Source: Pseudomonadota bacterium (lineage in GTDB: Bacteria > Myxococcota > JACRCW01 > JAFGSX01). From it: a DNA stretch of 64,000 bases. A program made the position numbers and the translations under genes. How positions within the stretch are numbered: the first letter of the stretch is position 1; every line of letters starts with the position of its first letter. Location: positions 32,001 to 96,000 of the forward strand of contig JBDRCO010000037.1 in the NCBI GenBank assembly GCA_043821645.1, read 5' to 3'. Positions 8,995 through 18,263 of the stretch are shown here, in pieces. The notes under the pieces were generated by a model that was not told where the DNA came from, did not search any database, and saw only the letters and a program-made list of their open reading frames with translations.

Positions 8995-11072
8995 TGCTGG
9001 ACGGACTCTTCAAGCCGCGCGCGGTCGCTGTCGTCGGGGCCTCCAACAACCCCTTCTCGATCGGCCACATCGTCATCAAGAACCTGGCGGCCTACGGCTA
9101 CAAGGGACCCATCTTCCCCATCAACCCCAAAGGCGGCAGCATCCGCAGCTACCAGTGCTACAAGTCCGTGCTCGACATCCCCGTCGACGTCGACCTGGTC
9201 AACATCTCGATCAAGGCCACCCTGTTGCCAGGGATCATCGAGGACTGTGGCAAGAAGGGCGTGAAGTTTCTGATCGTGCACTCCGCTGGCTTCAAGGAAG
9301 TGGGCGAGGAGGGCATCCAGCGCGAGCGTGAGATGGTGGCGCTGGCCCACAAGTACGGCATGCGGGTTTTTGGCCCCAACTCCCAGGGTATCCAGAACGC
9401 CGATCCGGACATCAGCGTCTATGCGAACTTCACCTTCGTGCCCATGAAGCCCGGCAACATCTCCATCATCGCCCAGGGTGGTGGCATGGGCGAGATGCTC
9501 AAGCTGCATCTGCACAATGTTGGCCTCGGTCACCGCATGTACTGCTCCTACGGCAACGAGTGCGACCTGAGCATGCCCGAGATCCTCGACTACTACGGCC
9601 AGGATCCCGGAACCAAGGCCATCCTGATGCAGACCGAGAGCTTCAAGGATCCGAGGGCCTTTCTCGAGGTGGCGTCGAAGATCACACCGCACAAACCCAT
9701 CCTCGCCCTCAAGGCCGGCCGCACCCGGGAGGGCTCCATCGCGGTGTCCTCACACACTGGCACCCTGGTGGACCAGGCTGCCATGGCCTCGGCCATGTAT
9801 CGCAAGGCCGGTGTGCTGGAGTTTCACGACACCCAGACCATGATCAAGGCCGGCATCGCCTTCAGCTATCTCGAGCCACCCAGGGGTCGCCGTATCGGCA
9901 TGATCACCAACACCGGTGGTCCTGGCATCCAGGCCGTGGACGAGGCCGTGGCCCAGGGGCTGCAGCTCGCGACCTGGTCGGATGCCGGGCGCGCCCGCCT
10001 GAAGGAGAGCCTGATCCCCGAGGCCAGTGTGGGCAACCCCGTGGATGTGGTGGCGACGGGAAACGCGGACCACTATCACGCAGCCACCGACACCCTGCTC
10101 AAGGAGGAGGGTGTCGATATGGTGCTGATCTTCTTCGTCACCGCACCCTTCGTGGACCTCGACGCCATCGCGGCGCGCATGGAACAGGTGGTCAAGACCT
10201 CGACCAAGCCCGTGGTCATGGTCATCGAGACCATGTCGACCTGGTACGGCCTCATCGACAAGCTGCGCCAGTCCGGCGTGCCGGTCTACGAGTTTGCCGA
10301 GGACGGCTCGCGCGCGTTGGCGGCCATGGCCAGCTACAGCGCACTGCGCGACCGCGTCCGGGAAGACCTCCCGGAACTCAAGGTGGATCGTGTCGCGGCG
10401 GACGCCATCGTGAAGACCTACGCGGGTCACGACGCCTACCTGCCACAGAAGGAAGCCTTCGACCTGCTCGCCGCCTACGGCTTGCCCGTACCCAGGCTGG
10501 CCGTCGTGCGCAGCCGCGATCAGCTGGCAGCCGCTGGGCAGCGCGTGGGTTATCCCTGCGTGCTCAAGATCGACGCCAAGGATGTTGTCCACAAGTCCGA
10601 CGAGGGTGGGGTCTGCCTCGACCTGGCCGACGCTGCGGCTCTCGAGGCGGCCTTTGGCGAGATGCAGGATCGCTTCGCGGGCAAAGCCGCGACCTATCTC
10701 GTGATGGAACAGAAGAAGCCTGGCCGCGAGATCATCGTCGGCGCCACCGCGGCGCCAGGCCTGGGCAGCCTGGTCATGTTCGGTCTGGGCGGAGTCTTCG
10801 TCGAGGTGATGAAGGACGTATGCGTTGGTGTGGCACCGCTGAGCCGTCCCGAAGCACGCGAGATGATGCAGCAGATCAAGGGCTACAAGGTGCTGCAGGG
10901 CATGCGCGGCGAGGCCGGAGTGGACCTGGCCGCCGTCGAGGATCTGCTGCTGCGTGTGTCGCGTCTGACCTCGGACTACCCGGCCATCACCGAGATGGAC
11001 CTCAACCCCATCTTCACCTATCCGGCAGGACAGTCTCCGGCGGTCGTCGACGTGCGGCTCAAGCTCAAGTGA
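8991..11072 (+). CDS. NDP-forming acyl-CoA synthetase (acetate--CoA ligase family, fused alpha/beta)
   Basis: LFKPRAVAVVGAS, GPNSQG, phospho-His SSHTG, NPVD, HKSDEGGV, EMDLNP ATP-grasp end; ATGA overlap with activator. Confidence 0.92.
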   Translation: MMLDGLFKPRAVAVVGASNNPFSIGHIVIKNLAAYGYKGPIFPINPKGGSIRSYQCYKSVLDIPVDVDLVNISIKATLLPGIIEDCGKKGVKFLIVHSAGFKEVGEEGIQREREMVALAHKYGMRVFGPNSQGIQNADPDISVYANFTFVPMKPGNISIIAQGGGMGEMLKLHLHNVGLGHRMYCSYGNECDLSMPEILDYYGQDPGTKAILMQTESFKDPRAFLEVASKITPHKPILALKAGRTREGSIAVSSHTGTLVDQAAMASAMYRKAGVLEFHDTQTMIKAGIAFSYLEPPRGRRIGMITNTGGPGIQAVDEAVAQGLQLATWSDAGRARLKESLIPEASVGNPVDVVATGNADHYHAATDTLLKEEGVDMVLIFFVTAPFVDLDAIAARMEQVVKTSTKPVVMVIETMSTWYGLIDKLRQSGVPVYEFAEDGSRALAAMASYSALRDRVREDLPELKVDRVAADAIVKTYAGHDAYLPQKEAFDLLAAYGLPVPRLAVVRSRDQLAAAGQRVGYPCVLKIDAKDVVHKSDEGGVCLDLADAAALEAAFGEMQDRFAGKAATYLVMEQKKPGREIIVGATAAPGLGSLVMFGLGGVFVEVMKDVCVGVAPLSRPEAREMMQQIKGYKVLQGMRGEAGVDLAAVEDLLLRVSRLTSDYPAITEMDLNPIFTYPAGQSPAVVDVRLKLK

Positions 11073-11118
11073 ATCCTGTTTCTGCGTCGATGCACTGCTG
11101 GATCCACGCTGAGAAGCC

Positions 11119-12540
11119 ATGAGCAACTGGATCCCCATCACCGTCGTTTCTGCCTACATGGTCGTGCTGTTCGGCATGACCGCCTGGGCACAGCGCCTGA
11201 ACCGGCGCGGTGGCGAGGGACTGGTGAGCTACCTGCTCGCGGGTCGGGGCTTGCCGTCCTGGGTTGCAGCAGCCCTGGTCGCGGGCCTGGCCGTGGGTGG
11301 GGCGTCGACCATTGGCGTGGCCGAGCGCGCTTACACGGTTGGAATCTCGGCGGGCTGGTACAACGCGGCCTGGTCCTTTGGCGCGCTGGTGCTGGGCCTG
11401 GTGGCGGCGCGGCGCTTTCGGCGCATGGAGCTGACCACCCTGCCCGAGTTCTTCGAGCGCCACTACACGAGCACCGCGCGCGTGCTCGCTGTGGCGGGCC
11501 AGCTCGCCATCCAAGTCGTGATCACCTCGCTGCAGTACGTGGCGGGCGGCGCTATCCTGCGCTCGCTGTTGCCCGAGGTGTTCAGCGATTTCGGCGGCAT
11601 GCTGACCACCGCAGTCGTGTTCGTGGCCATCACCCTCATCGGTGGCTTCTGGGCTGCGGGTCTGACCAACGTCGTCAACGTCATCGTCATCTACGTGGGC
11701 ATCGTGCTCGGTGCGGTGCTCACCCTGCAGCGGGTGGGTGGCTTCGAGGGTCTGCAGCAGCACCTACCCGCGGCACACCCGGGCTTCGACCTGTGGGCCG
11801 TGGGCCCCGGTCTCATCGCGGCCTGGTTCCTGATCATGGTGACCACCACCCATAGCAACCAGGCCACCATCCAGATCGGTTTTGCCACGCGGGACGAGAA
11901 GAGTTCGCGCAACGCCTACCTGCTGGGTGCACTGCTCATCCTGCCTGTGGGCTTCATCAGTGCGCTGATCGGCATGGCCGCGGCAGGCCTGTACCCGGAC
12001 ATCCTGCCCAAGGAGGCCCTGCCCCGGGTGGTGCTCGAGCTGCCGCCGGTGGCTGCAGGTCTGATCCTGGCGGGGCTGTGGGCCGCCGACGTGAGCACGG
12101 CCTCGGCCCTGCTCATGGGCAGCGCCACCGTGGTCTCCACCGACGTCATCAAGCGCTTCTTCGTGCGCGATCTGAGCCCGCACCGTGAGCAACTCATGTG
12201 CCGCCTGACCGTGGCCGGCCTGAGCGTATTCACCTTCGTGCTGGCCCTGGGTGTGTCGCAGAACATCCTGGGCGCGCTGCTCGCTGGATTGAGCCTGGGC
12301 ACGGCCTACGCGCTCATCGTGCTCATGACCCTGTTCGCACCCCGTCTGTGTCGTCGAGGATCTGGCACCTGGACCCTGGCCGCGACCATGGTGTCCTTCG
12401 GCCTGTGGTACATCATGCCCGCGGCGTGGCACCTCGTACCGCACCCCATCTACTTCACCTGGGTGGTGAGCTTGCTTGCCTTCTTCGTGGTGATGCTCGT
12501 CGACAAGCGGCCCATGCTGGGCGCGGATGCTGCTCGCTGA
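11119..12540 (+). CDS. Sodium:solute symporter family transporter
   Basis: YLLAGRGL, VGGASTIGVAE, TLPEFFERHY, about 13 hydrophobic segments. Confidence 0.88.
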   Translation: MSNWIPITVVSAYMVVLFGMTAWAQRLNRRGGEGLVSYLLAGRGLPSWVAAALVAGLAVGGASTIGVAERAYTVGISAGWYNAAWSFGALVLGLVAARRFRRMELTTLPEFFERHYTSTARVLAVAGQLAIQVVITSLQYVAGGAILRSLLPEVFSDFGGMLTTAVVFVAITLIGGFWAAGLTNVVNVIVIYVGIVLGAVLTLQRVGGFEGLQQHLPAAHPGFDLWAVGPGLIAAWFLIMVTTTHSNQATIQIGFATRDEKSSRNAYLLGALLILPVGFISALIGMAAAGLYPDILPKEALPRVVLELPPVAAGLILAGLWAADVSTASALLMGSATVVSTDVIKRFFVRDLSPHREQLMCRLTVAGLSVFTFVLALGVSQNILGALLAGLSLGTAYALIVLMTLFAPRLCRRGSGTWTLAATMVSFGLWYIMPAAWHLVPHPIYFTWVVSLLAFFVVMLVDKRPMLGADAAR

Positions 12541-12561
12541 TCGCCAGCTCGGGGCTTGACC

Positions 12562-13761
12562 TCAACCGCCGTAGTTGGCCACACCCACCACCTGCGTCGC
12601 TGGCAGGCTGAAGATTTCGTCGAAGCAGGTCGGGTCGACCACGTAGGGCCCGACGCCCGAGGTCATCTGCCAGCCGAAGCAGAAGCGTGCCGTGTAGGTT
12701 CCAGCCGGTGCAGGCGTGCGCACCCAGCAGTCCCGGCTCTCGTCAAACTCGCGCAGGTAGCCATCCCAGCTCTGCCAGATCTGACCTGAATCGGTGCTGT
12801 GGGTGAGGCTGTGCACCATGGGGCCCACCGCGGCACAGCAGCCCTCGCAGTCCAGGCTGTCACAGAAGGTGACGTCGCAGCGGTCGACCATGACCAGGGG
12901 CCTGTTGTCCTTCCACAGCTGCACCCAGCCTGGCGCGCCGCCGTCATCGGAGGTCTGCACGTAGACTTCCTCGGGCACATCGGTGTTGTAGCGCAGGCCG
13001 AGGCTCAGGGGCTGCGGATCGGCGCCGTGTCGATTGTCCGCCACGATGTGGTAGCGCGCATTGTCGTCGAAGACCTCGACGTCCATGTCCACCAGGTCCA
13101 GGCCGTGCCGGCTGTACATGGCCATGTCCACGCAGCCGTCGGCGCTCAGCACCTGGGCATTGCCGCCGTAACCCCAGCCCGCGCAGGGCCCGTCGGTGTC
13201 TGTCTCCAGGTACACGTAAAAGGGGCCGTAGGGCTCACCGCCGAAGATGCCGCAGGATGGTATCTCGCTCATCCACACCAGGGTGGCGCAGACCCGGGCC
13301 TGGGCGTCGTGACCGGTGACGAAGGATCGCTGGGCGCCGGTGGGCAGTTCGCCGAATTGCATGCTTGCAGGGTCGAGCACGACCTCGACGCGCTCGGTCG
13401 GGACATCCATGCCCACCAGGTCCGGCGAGCCCGCATCCAGGTCGCCATCCACCGAGCCGCCATCGAAGCCACCACCGTCGAGGGCGCTGTCCAGGCCTCC
13501 GCTGTCCCAGCCGCTGCTGTCGTACGCTCCGCCGTCCCAGCTGCCGCCATCGACACCGGCCTCGACGGAACCGCCATCCTGCGCGGCGTCCGCGGGCGAA
13601 TTCGCGTCCGCGCCCGCATCAGGTGCTGGTTGCGACGATGGTCCCACCTCGTCGGGGCCATCCGGTCCTATGCTGATGAAGATGCAGCCGCTCGAGTGCA
13701 GGACTGCAGCGAGCCACAAACCAAGCACTGCCACTTGCCAGGCGCGTTCCGAGGACCTCAT
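12562..13761 (-). CDS. Hypothetical exported lipoprotein with DGGx(W/Y/F/L) low-complexity linker and Cys-rich C-terminal domains
   Basis: Signal ending SSG-C; RBS GGAGG; pentapeptide Asp/Gly tract. Confidence 0.7.
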   Translation of the reverse strand: MRSSERAWQVAVLGLWLAAVLHSSGCIFISIGPDGPDEVGPSSQPAPDAGADANSPADAAQDGGSVEAGVDGGSWDGGAYDSSGWDSGGLDSALDGGGFDGGSVDGDLDAGSPDLVGMDVPTERVEVVLDPASMQFGELPTGAQRSFVTGHDAQARVCATLVWMSEIPSCGIFGGEPYGPFYVYLETDTDGPCAGWGYGGNAQVLSADGCVDMAMYSRHGLDLVDMDVEVFDDNARYHIVADNRHGADPQPLSLGLRYNTDVPEEVYVQTSDDGGAPGWVQLWKDNRPLVMVDRCDVTFCDSLDCEGCCAAVGPMVHSLTHSTDSGQIWQSWDGYLREFDESRDCWVRTPAPAGTYTARFCFGWQMTSGVGPYVVDPTCFDEIFSLPATQVVGVANYGG

Positions 13762-13792
13762 GTCACCCTCCTACCATGATGCGGACCTCGGG

Positions 13793-13809
13793 TTTCAAGG
13801 CCCGTGCCA
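13793..13809 (-). promoter_or_regulatory. Possible sigma54 promoter
   Basis: TGGCACG-GGCC-TTGAAA: perfect -24 box, one mismatch at -12 (TTGA vs TTGC), about 30 nt upstream of ATG 13761. Confidence 0.4.
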
Positions 13810-13918
13810 TGTGAGCGCCATTGAAAAAGTGTTGTGAGGCGGGCATCGAGGCACGACGGCGAGGGCAGCAGGTATCAGTTTTCTGAGTCGGGGAGAGCAG
13901 GGGCGGGGGAAACCGAGG

Positions 13919-15283
13919 TCAGCGGCTGAGCACGCGGGCGCGGGCCTTGGCGCTCTTCTGCACGGCGCTCTGGGTGGGTGCGTCAGCGTCCGCGCGGGTC
14001 GAGTCCTCCAGCGCATCCATCTGCTGCAGCTCCGAGCTCAGTGAGGCGCTGCCGATGTAGGCGTTGGCCTGGGCAGTGGCGGCATTCTGGGCGCGCAGGA
14101 TGCCCTGGGCCTTGTCGGCGTTGCCTTTCTTGTACTCCTCCATGGCCTTGTTCACGGCGGTGGCCACCTTGACCTTCTCCACCTTCTCGGCCACGTCCTT
14201 GTTCAGACTGGCAGCCACCTGCTCTCGGTCTGCCACGAAGCTGGCAGCCACGGCGGTGGTCGCGGTGCGGCCGGTGTTGGCCAGGGCATCGTGGTAGGCC
14301 AGGGTCACGTTCACCAGCTCTGTATTTCCGCTGCTCGCCGGGAAGCTCAGACGCGCCAGCACCTCGGACGAGCGCCCGCCCAGGATGTCGCCGATGGGGA
14401 TGGCAGCCTCGCTGCGGCCGGTGCTGGCCTCGTAGCCAAAGACCTCCTCGACGCGAACACCGTTCTTGAGGGCGATCTTGAGCACGGCCTCGCGCGCCAC
14501 CACGGCCATCATGGACTTGAGCTCCTCACCGAAGATGGTGGCCATGCGCGCCGAGTCGCGAATGAAGTAGTAGTTCCCCTGGCCCGCGTCGGCGATGCGC
14601 GACATCAGGTTCTCATTGTAGTCCGTGCCCACGCCCATCGTCGTCACCGTGATGCCCTTGCCGGCGGCGCGACGCGAGATGTCCTGCAGGCCCTCCTCGG
14701 TGTTGGGCAGACCGTCGGAGATGAGGATGATGCGGTTGACCTGGTCGCGGCGCATCAACGATGAGGCCTGCTCGAGACCTACGTTGAGGCCGGACACCAT
14801 GTCGGTGCCACCGCGGGCGTGCAGGGTATCGATGCGGCGAGCGATCTCGCGCGCCACGCCGGCGCCGATGACCCTGGCCTCGCTGAGCACCTCGGCGCCA
14901 TTGTCAAAGGACACGATGGCCACCTTGTCGCCGTCGGCGAGCTGATCGACCAAGAACTTCGCGGCCTGGCGTGCGTCCGCCATCTTCTCCGAGCCGGTGG
15001 GGCTGCGACCGCTCATGGAGCCCGAGCGGTCGATCACCACGACGACATTCATGGGCAGGCGTTCGGTCTGCGGAGCGCGCTGGCCCACCAGGGCGATGCG
15101 CAAGAAGGTCTCGCCGCGCTCCCCCGCGAGCAGGCGACTGCGTTCAAGGGCGGCATCCATGGTCACCGAGCCTTCGGCCGGGCTGCCGAGGGTGGTCTTG
15201 GCATTGACGGTGGAAGGAGGGGCGGCCAGCACAGCCAGCAGGGCCGTGGCAGCGACCAGGGCGAGGGGGGCGAACTTCTTCAT
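13919..15283 (-). CDS. Secreted von Willebrand factor A domain protein (YfbK-like)
   Basis: Start MKKFAPLALV with RBS AGGAGG; MIDAS DRSGSM, GGT, ISDG; GQGNYYFI. Confidence 0.88.
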   Translation of the reverse strand: MKKFAPLALVAATALLAVLAAPPSTVNAKTTLGSPAEGSVTMDAALERSRLLAGERGETFLRIALVGQRAPQTERLPMNVVVVIDRSGSMSGRSPTGSEKMADARQAAKFLVDQLADGDKVAIVSFDNGAEVLSEARVIGAGVAREIARRIDTLHARGGTDMVSGLNVGLEQASSLMRRDQVNRIILISDGLPNTEEGLQDISRRAAGKGITVTTMGVGTDYNENLMSRIADAGQGNYYFIRDSARMATIFGEELKSMMAVVAREAVLKIALKNGVRVEEVFGYEASTGRSEAAIPIGDILGGRSSEVLARLSFPASSGNTELVNVTLAYHDALANTGRTATTAVAASFVADREQVAASLNKDVAEKVEKVKVATAVNKAMEEYKKGNADKAQGILRAQNAATAQANAYIGSASLSSELQQMDALEDSTRADADAPTQSAVQKSAKARARVLSR

Positions 15284-15354
15284 GGCAGCCTCCTGGGTGA
15301 CCCGGAGCGGGTGACGCGGTTCAGGAGGGGAAACGGGCGAGCCCTGGCAGCGAT

Positions 15355-16683
15355 CTAGGCCGGCGTTTTTTTCTTCTTCGCGCGGCTCCTTCCCGGAGCC
15401 CGGCTGCGGGGCCGAGCTGGGGAACTCCGGGCAGGTCGTGCGGGGGTCAGGCCCAGACGCATCTCGATGATCGTGTGCACGAGCTTCTCGGCGAAGTCGA
15501 CGGCGTGCATCACCTTGTCCAGGTCCACGTGTTCGAGCGTGTCGTCGGGAAGGTGGTAGTGGGCGGCCGTTCCCAGCCGTCGGTCCAGACAGCACAGGCA
15601 GATCGCATCGTAGCCGTTGGCCAAAAAGGCGGCGGCGTCGGAGCCTCCCACCGGCGGCTCGAAGCCCTTGACGCCTGCGAAGCGCGGCTCGCTGGCTACG
15701 ACCTTGTGGACGGCCTCGATCAGCCAGGCTGGTGTAGGTGTCTGTACGACCTCTCCCTCGCCCTGCAGAAAGACCAGCTCGCCGTTGCCCAGCATTTCCA
15801 GCGACAGGCCCACCGTGTTCTGCGGCGACCATTGATCCCGCTTCGCCTTCACCAGGGCGTCTGCGCCGCCCATGCTCGCTTCCTCGCAGCCCGTGGCGGC
15901 GAAGACCAGCTCGACCTCGGGTGGCTTGACCGCGGCGAGGCGCAGAGCCAGCACAGGCAGGGCCGCCACTCCGGTGAGGTCGTCGTTGGCGCCGGGCACG
16001 ATCTGGTTGCGCAGGCAGACCTCGGCCGTGGCCAAAAAGGCGACCAGGCCCGGAGTGCCAAGCAGCCACTCGAGCGGTCTCAGGGGCCAGGTGAGTGGGC
16101 CGAACACCATGCGCAGCAGGTCAAAGCCTGCGAGTGCGAACTGGGTGTTGGTGGCCAGGGCCAGCGGTCGGTCGAGGAAGGGTAGGGGGTTCGCACGTTC
16201 ATCGCCACTGAGGGCGTCGACGACCCGGGGGTTGAAGACCAGACCGGTGAAGGCCGCGTCGAGGTGCGCGTTGAGCACGATGCGCAGCTTCGGCTCGCCC
16301 TCGGCCGGCAGCACCGCCAGCACATTCTGTGAAGGTTTGAAACCCAGCATACGGCGCAGCAGATATGCCCGGCGCGTCGAGTCCAGGCGGTAGGACAGGC
16401 CCGCCAGCAGGTGCAGTGGCAGCGCCAGGTGGGGTGCCACACCGGAGATCGCGGTGCCCAGGCTGCCCAGACCGAAGTGCAACGCAATGTTGGCGTAGAG
16501 GTTGTCGTTAAACTCGAAGCCCTCACTCCAGGATTCCAGTCCGAGCCTGGCAAACGCATCCTGCACGATGGTGGCTGCGCGCCGCTCGTCCTCGCTGGTC
16601 GGCTGGCGGCGGGGACACTCGTCGACCACACGCTCGATCAGGTCGCGGATGTACGCGCTCTCGTCGGCGATGGACTGGGGCAT
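15355..16683 (-). CDS. M28-family metallopeptidase with internal membrane segments
   Basis: NAHLDA, GANDDLTGVA, GCEEASMGG, SDA, HYHLPDDT; start ATG 16683 with RBS GGAGA. Confidence 0.85.
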   Translation of the reverse strand: MPQSIADESAYIRDLIERVVDECPRRQPTSEDERRAATIVQDAFARLGLESWSEGFEFNDNLYANIALHFGLGSLGTAISGVAPHLALPLHLLAGLSYRLDSTRRAYLLRRMLGFKPSQNVLAVLPAEGEPKLRIVLNAHLDAAFTGLVFNPRVVDALSGDERANPLPFLDRPLALATNTQFALAGFDLLRMVFGPLTWPLRPLEWLLGTPGLVAFLATAEVCLRNQIVPGANDDLTGVAALPVLALRLAAVKPPEVELVFAATGCEEASMGGADALVKAKRDQWSPQNTVGLSLEMLGNGELVFLQGEGEVVQTPTPAWLIEAVHKVVASEPRFAGVKGFEPPVGGSDAAAFLANGYDAICLCCLDRRLGTAAHYHLPDDTLEHVDLDKVMHAVDFAEKLVHTIIEMRLGLTPARPARSSPARPRSRAPGRSRAKKKKTPA

Positions 16684-16750
16684 GACGTGATCTCCGCGGC
16701 CGGGTGAGCGGTGCAGTGCTCCGTCGTCGAGCCTGCCGTTCCGATCCTGG

Positions 16751-16776
16751 CTGGACCACCGCCCGGTGGTCATCAG
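16751..16776 (-). promoter_or_regulatory. Candidate bacterial SECIS element
   Basis: CUG-(AU bulge)-GACCACC-GGGC-GGUGGUC-CAG; G-first apical loop begins 17 nt after in-frame UGA 16784-16782. Confidence 0.6.
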
Positions 16777-17174
16777 TGGCTTCAACCCACCTTGCCGCAG
16801 GTCGCGGCAACATGCGGTTGAAAGTAGGACTCGAAGAAGGCGTCACCCAGGGATTCGCGGGCCAGCAGCGGCTCGACCTGCTGCAGCTGTCCCAGCCAGT
16901 ACTGCGCGATGCGCTGGTTGGGGTGCTGCTCGGCCAGGACCCGGATCAAGGGAACAGCCAGCGGCCGCTGGTACGCGTCCCACAGTCTCCGAATGGCGTG
17001 GTTGTAGGCATCCGGCTGGGCGTCGAGCGAACGTCGCGCGATGGCCTCGAGCAGCGGGGCCACGTCGCCGTGAGCAAGGGCACGCGCGATGGGGCGCTCG
17101 AGCCCTGAACCCAGTACGCGCCAGCCCACCAGGACCATGGTGACGAGGAGGGCAATGGCGATGACGGTGCTCAT
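16773..17174 (-). CDS. Membrane-anchored helical protein; candidate selenoprotein ending CGKVG-U-SH (133 aa; 16782..17174 if UGA is a plain stop)
   Basis: N-terminal TM MSTVIAIALLVTMVLVGW; TGC GGC AAG GTG GGT TGA AGC CAC TGA TGA; SECIS-like hairpin downstream. Confidence 0.65.
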
Positions 17175-17188
17175 GACGGGTGCGCGGA

Positions 17189-18166
17189 TCAACCGCGACG
17201 GGGTTTCTCGGGCTTGTTGACCGGGTTCGCGGGAGCCTCGCCGCGCAACACCCTGGCCACGTTGTCGACGACACGATCACCCATGGCCAGGCGAGTCTCG
17301 CGGGTGGCACTGCCCAGGTGCGGGACCAGCACCACGTTGTCGAGGCCAAGCAGGCGTGGGTCGATGTCCGGTTCTTGCTCGTACACATCCAGACCCGCCG
17401 CCGCGATCCAGCGTCGCACCAGGGCGTCGGTCAGGGCTTCCTCGTCGATGACAGGCCCGCGTGAAGTATTGACCAGCACCGCGTTGCGCTTCATCCACTT
17501 CAGGTTGTCGGCGTGGATCAGATGGTAGGTCTCCTCGGTCAGGGGCACGTGCAAGCTGACGAAGTCGCTGTGCCTGAGCAGGGTCTCGAGGTCGACCTCG
17601 CGGTCACCCTCCAGGGCCTCGACGTTGTCGCCAGGGCCCACGGTGTACAGCACCTGCATGTCGAAGCCATGCGCTCGCCTGGCAACAGCGCGGCCAATGC
17701 GGCCGTAGCCCACGATACCCAGGGTCTTGTGGTGCAGGTCGACACCGAGCAGCAGATCCAGCTCCCAGCCCCGGAACGCGCCCGAGCGAACCAGGCGCTC
17801 GCCCTCGGGGACCCGGCGGGCTGCAGACAGCATCAGGGCAAAGGCCATGTCTGCCGTGCTGTCGGTGAGCACATCGGGTGTGTTGGTGACGTGGATGCCC
17901 TGCCGTTCGGCGCAGCCGAGGTCGATGTTGTTGACGCCCACGGCGTAGTTCGCGATGACGCGCAAACGCGGCAACCTGGCGAGCACGGACTCGTCGACGA
18001 TGTCATCGAGCAGGCAGACCAGCGCATCGGCCTGGGCCAGGTCGGGGTGACCCTTGCGCAGACCCTCGACGCCGATGTCGCGTACCTCTCCCAGGGCCTT
18101 CAACTGCTCCAGCGTCGGGGGCAGCAGCTGATGGGTGACCAGGATCAATGGTGCGGTGGCGTTCAT
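17189..18166 (-). CDS. D-isomer-specific 2-hydroxyacid dehydrogenase (glyoxylate reductase / D-glycerate dehydrogenase)
   Basis: NYAVGVNNID, NTPDVLT, GIVGYGRIG, NTSRGPVIDE, LDVYEQEP, PHLGSAT. Confidence 0.93.
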   Translation of the reverse strand: MNATAPLILVTHQLLPPTLEQLKALGEVRDIGVEGLRKGHPDLAQADALVCLLDDIVDESVLARLPRLRVIANYAVGVNNIDLGCAERQGIHVTNTPDVLTDSTADMAFALMLSAARRVPEGERLVRSGAFRGWELDLLLGVDLHHKTLGIVGYGRIGRAVARRAHGFDMQVLYTVGPGDNVEALEGDREVDLETLLRHSDFVSLHVPLTEETYHLIHADNLKWMKRNAVLVNTSRGPVIDEEALTDALVRRWIAAAGLDVYEQEPDIDPRLLGLDNVVLVPHLGSATRETRLAMGDRVVDNVARVLRGEAPANPVNKPEKPRRG

Positions 18167-18263
18167 GGCGCCCGACTTTAACAGAACTGGCGCACGGGCC
18201 AATCCGCTTTTGTCGAACCTCGTCGTCGTATCGGTGGCGCGCCAATTCGGCTAGCCTGGCGCC

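Noticed and set aside
12540-12570. GG-UGA-G ending of 12562..13761 as a second Sec site
   Set aside because: No convincing SECIS hairpin, and readthrough would run far antisense into the convergent SSS gene.
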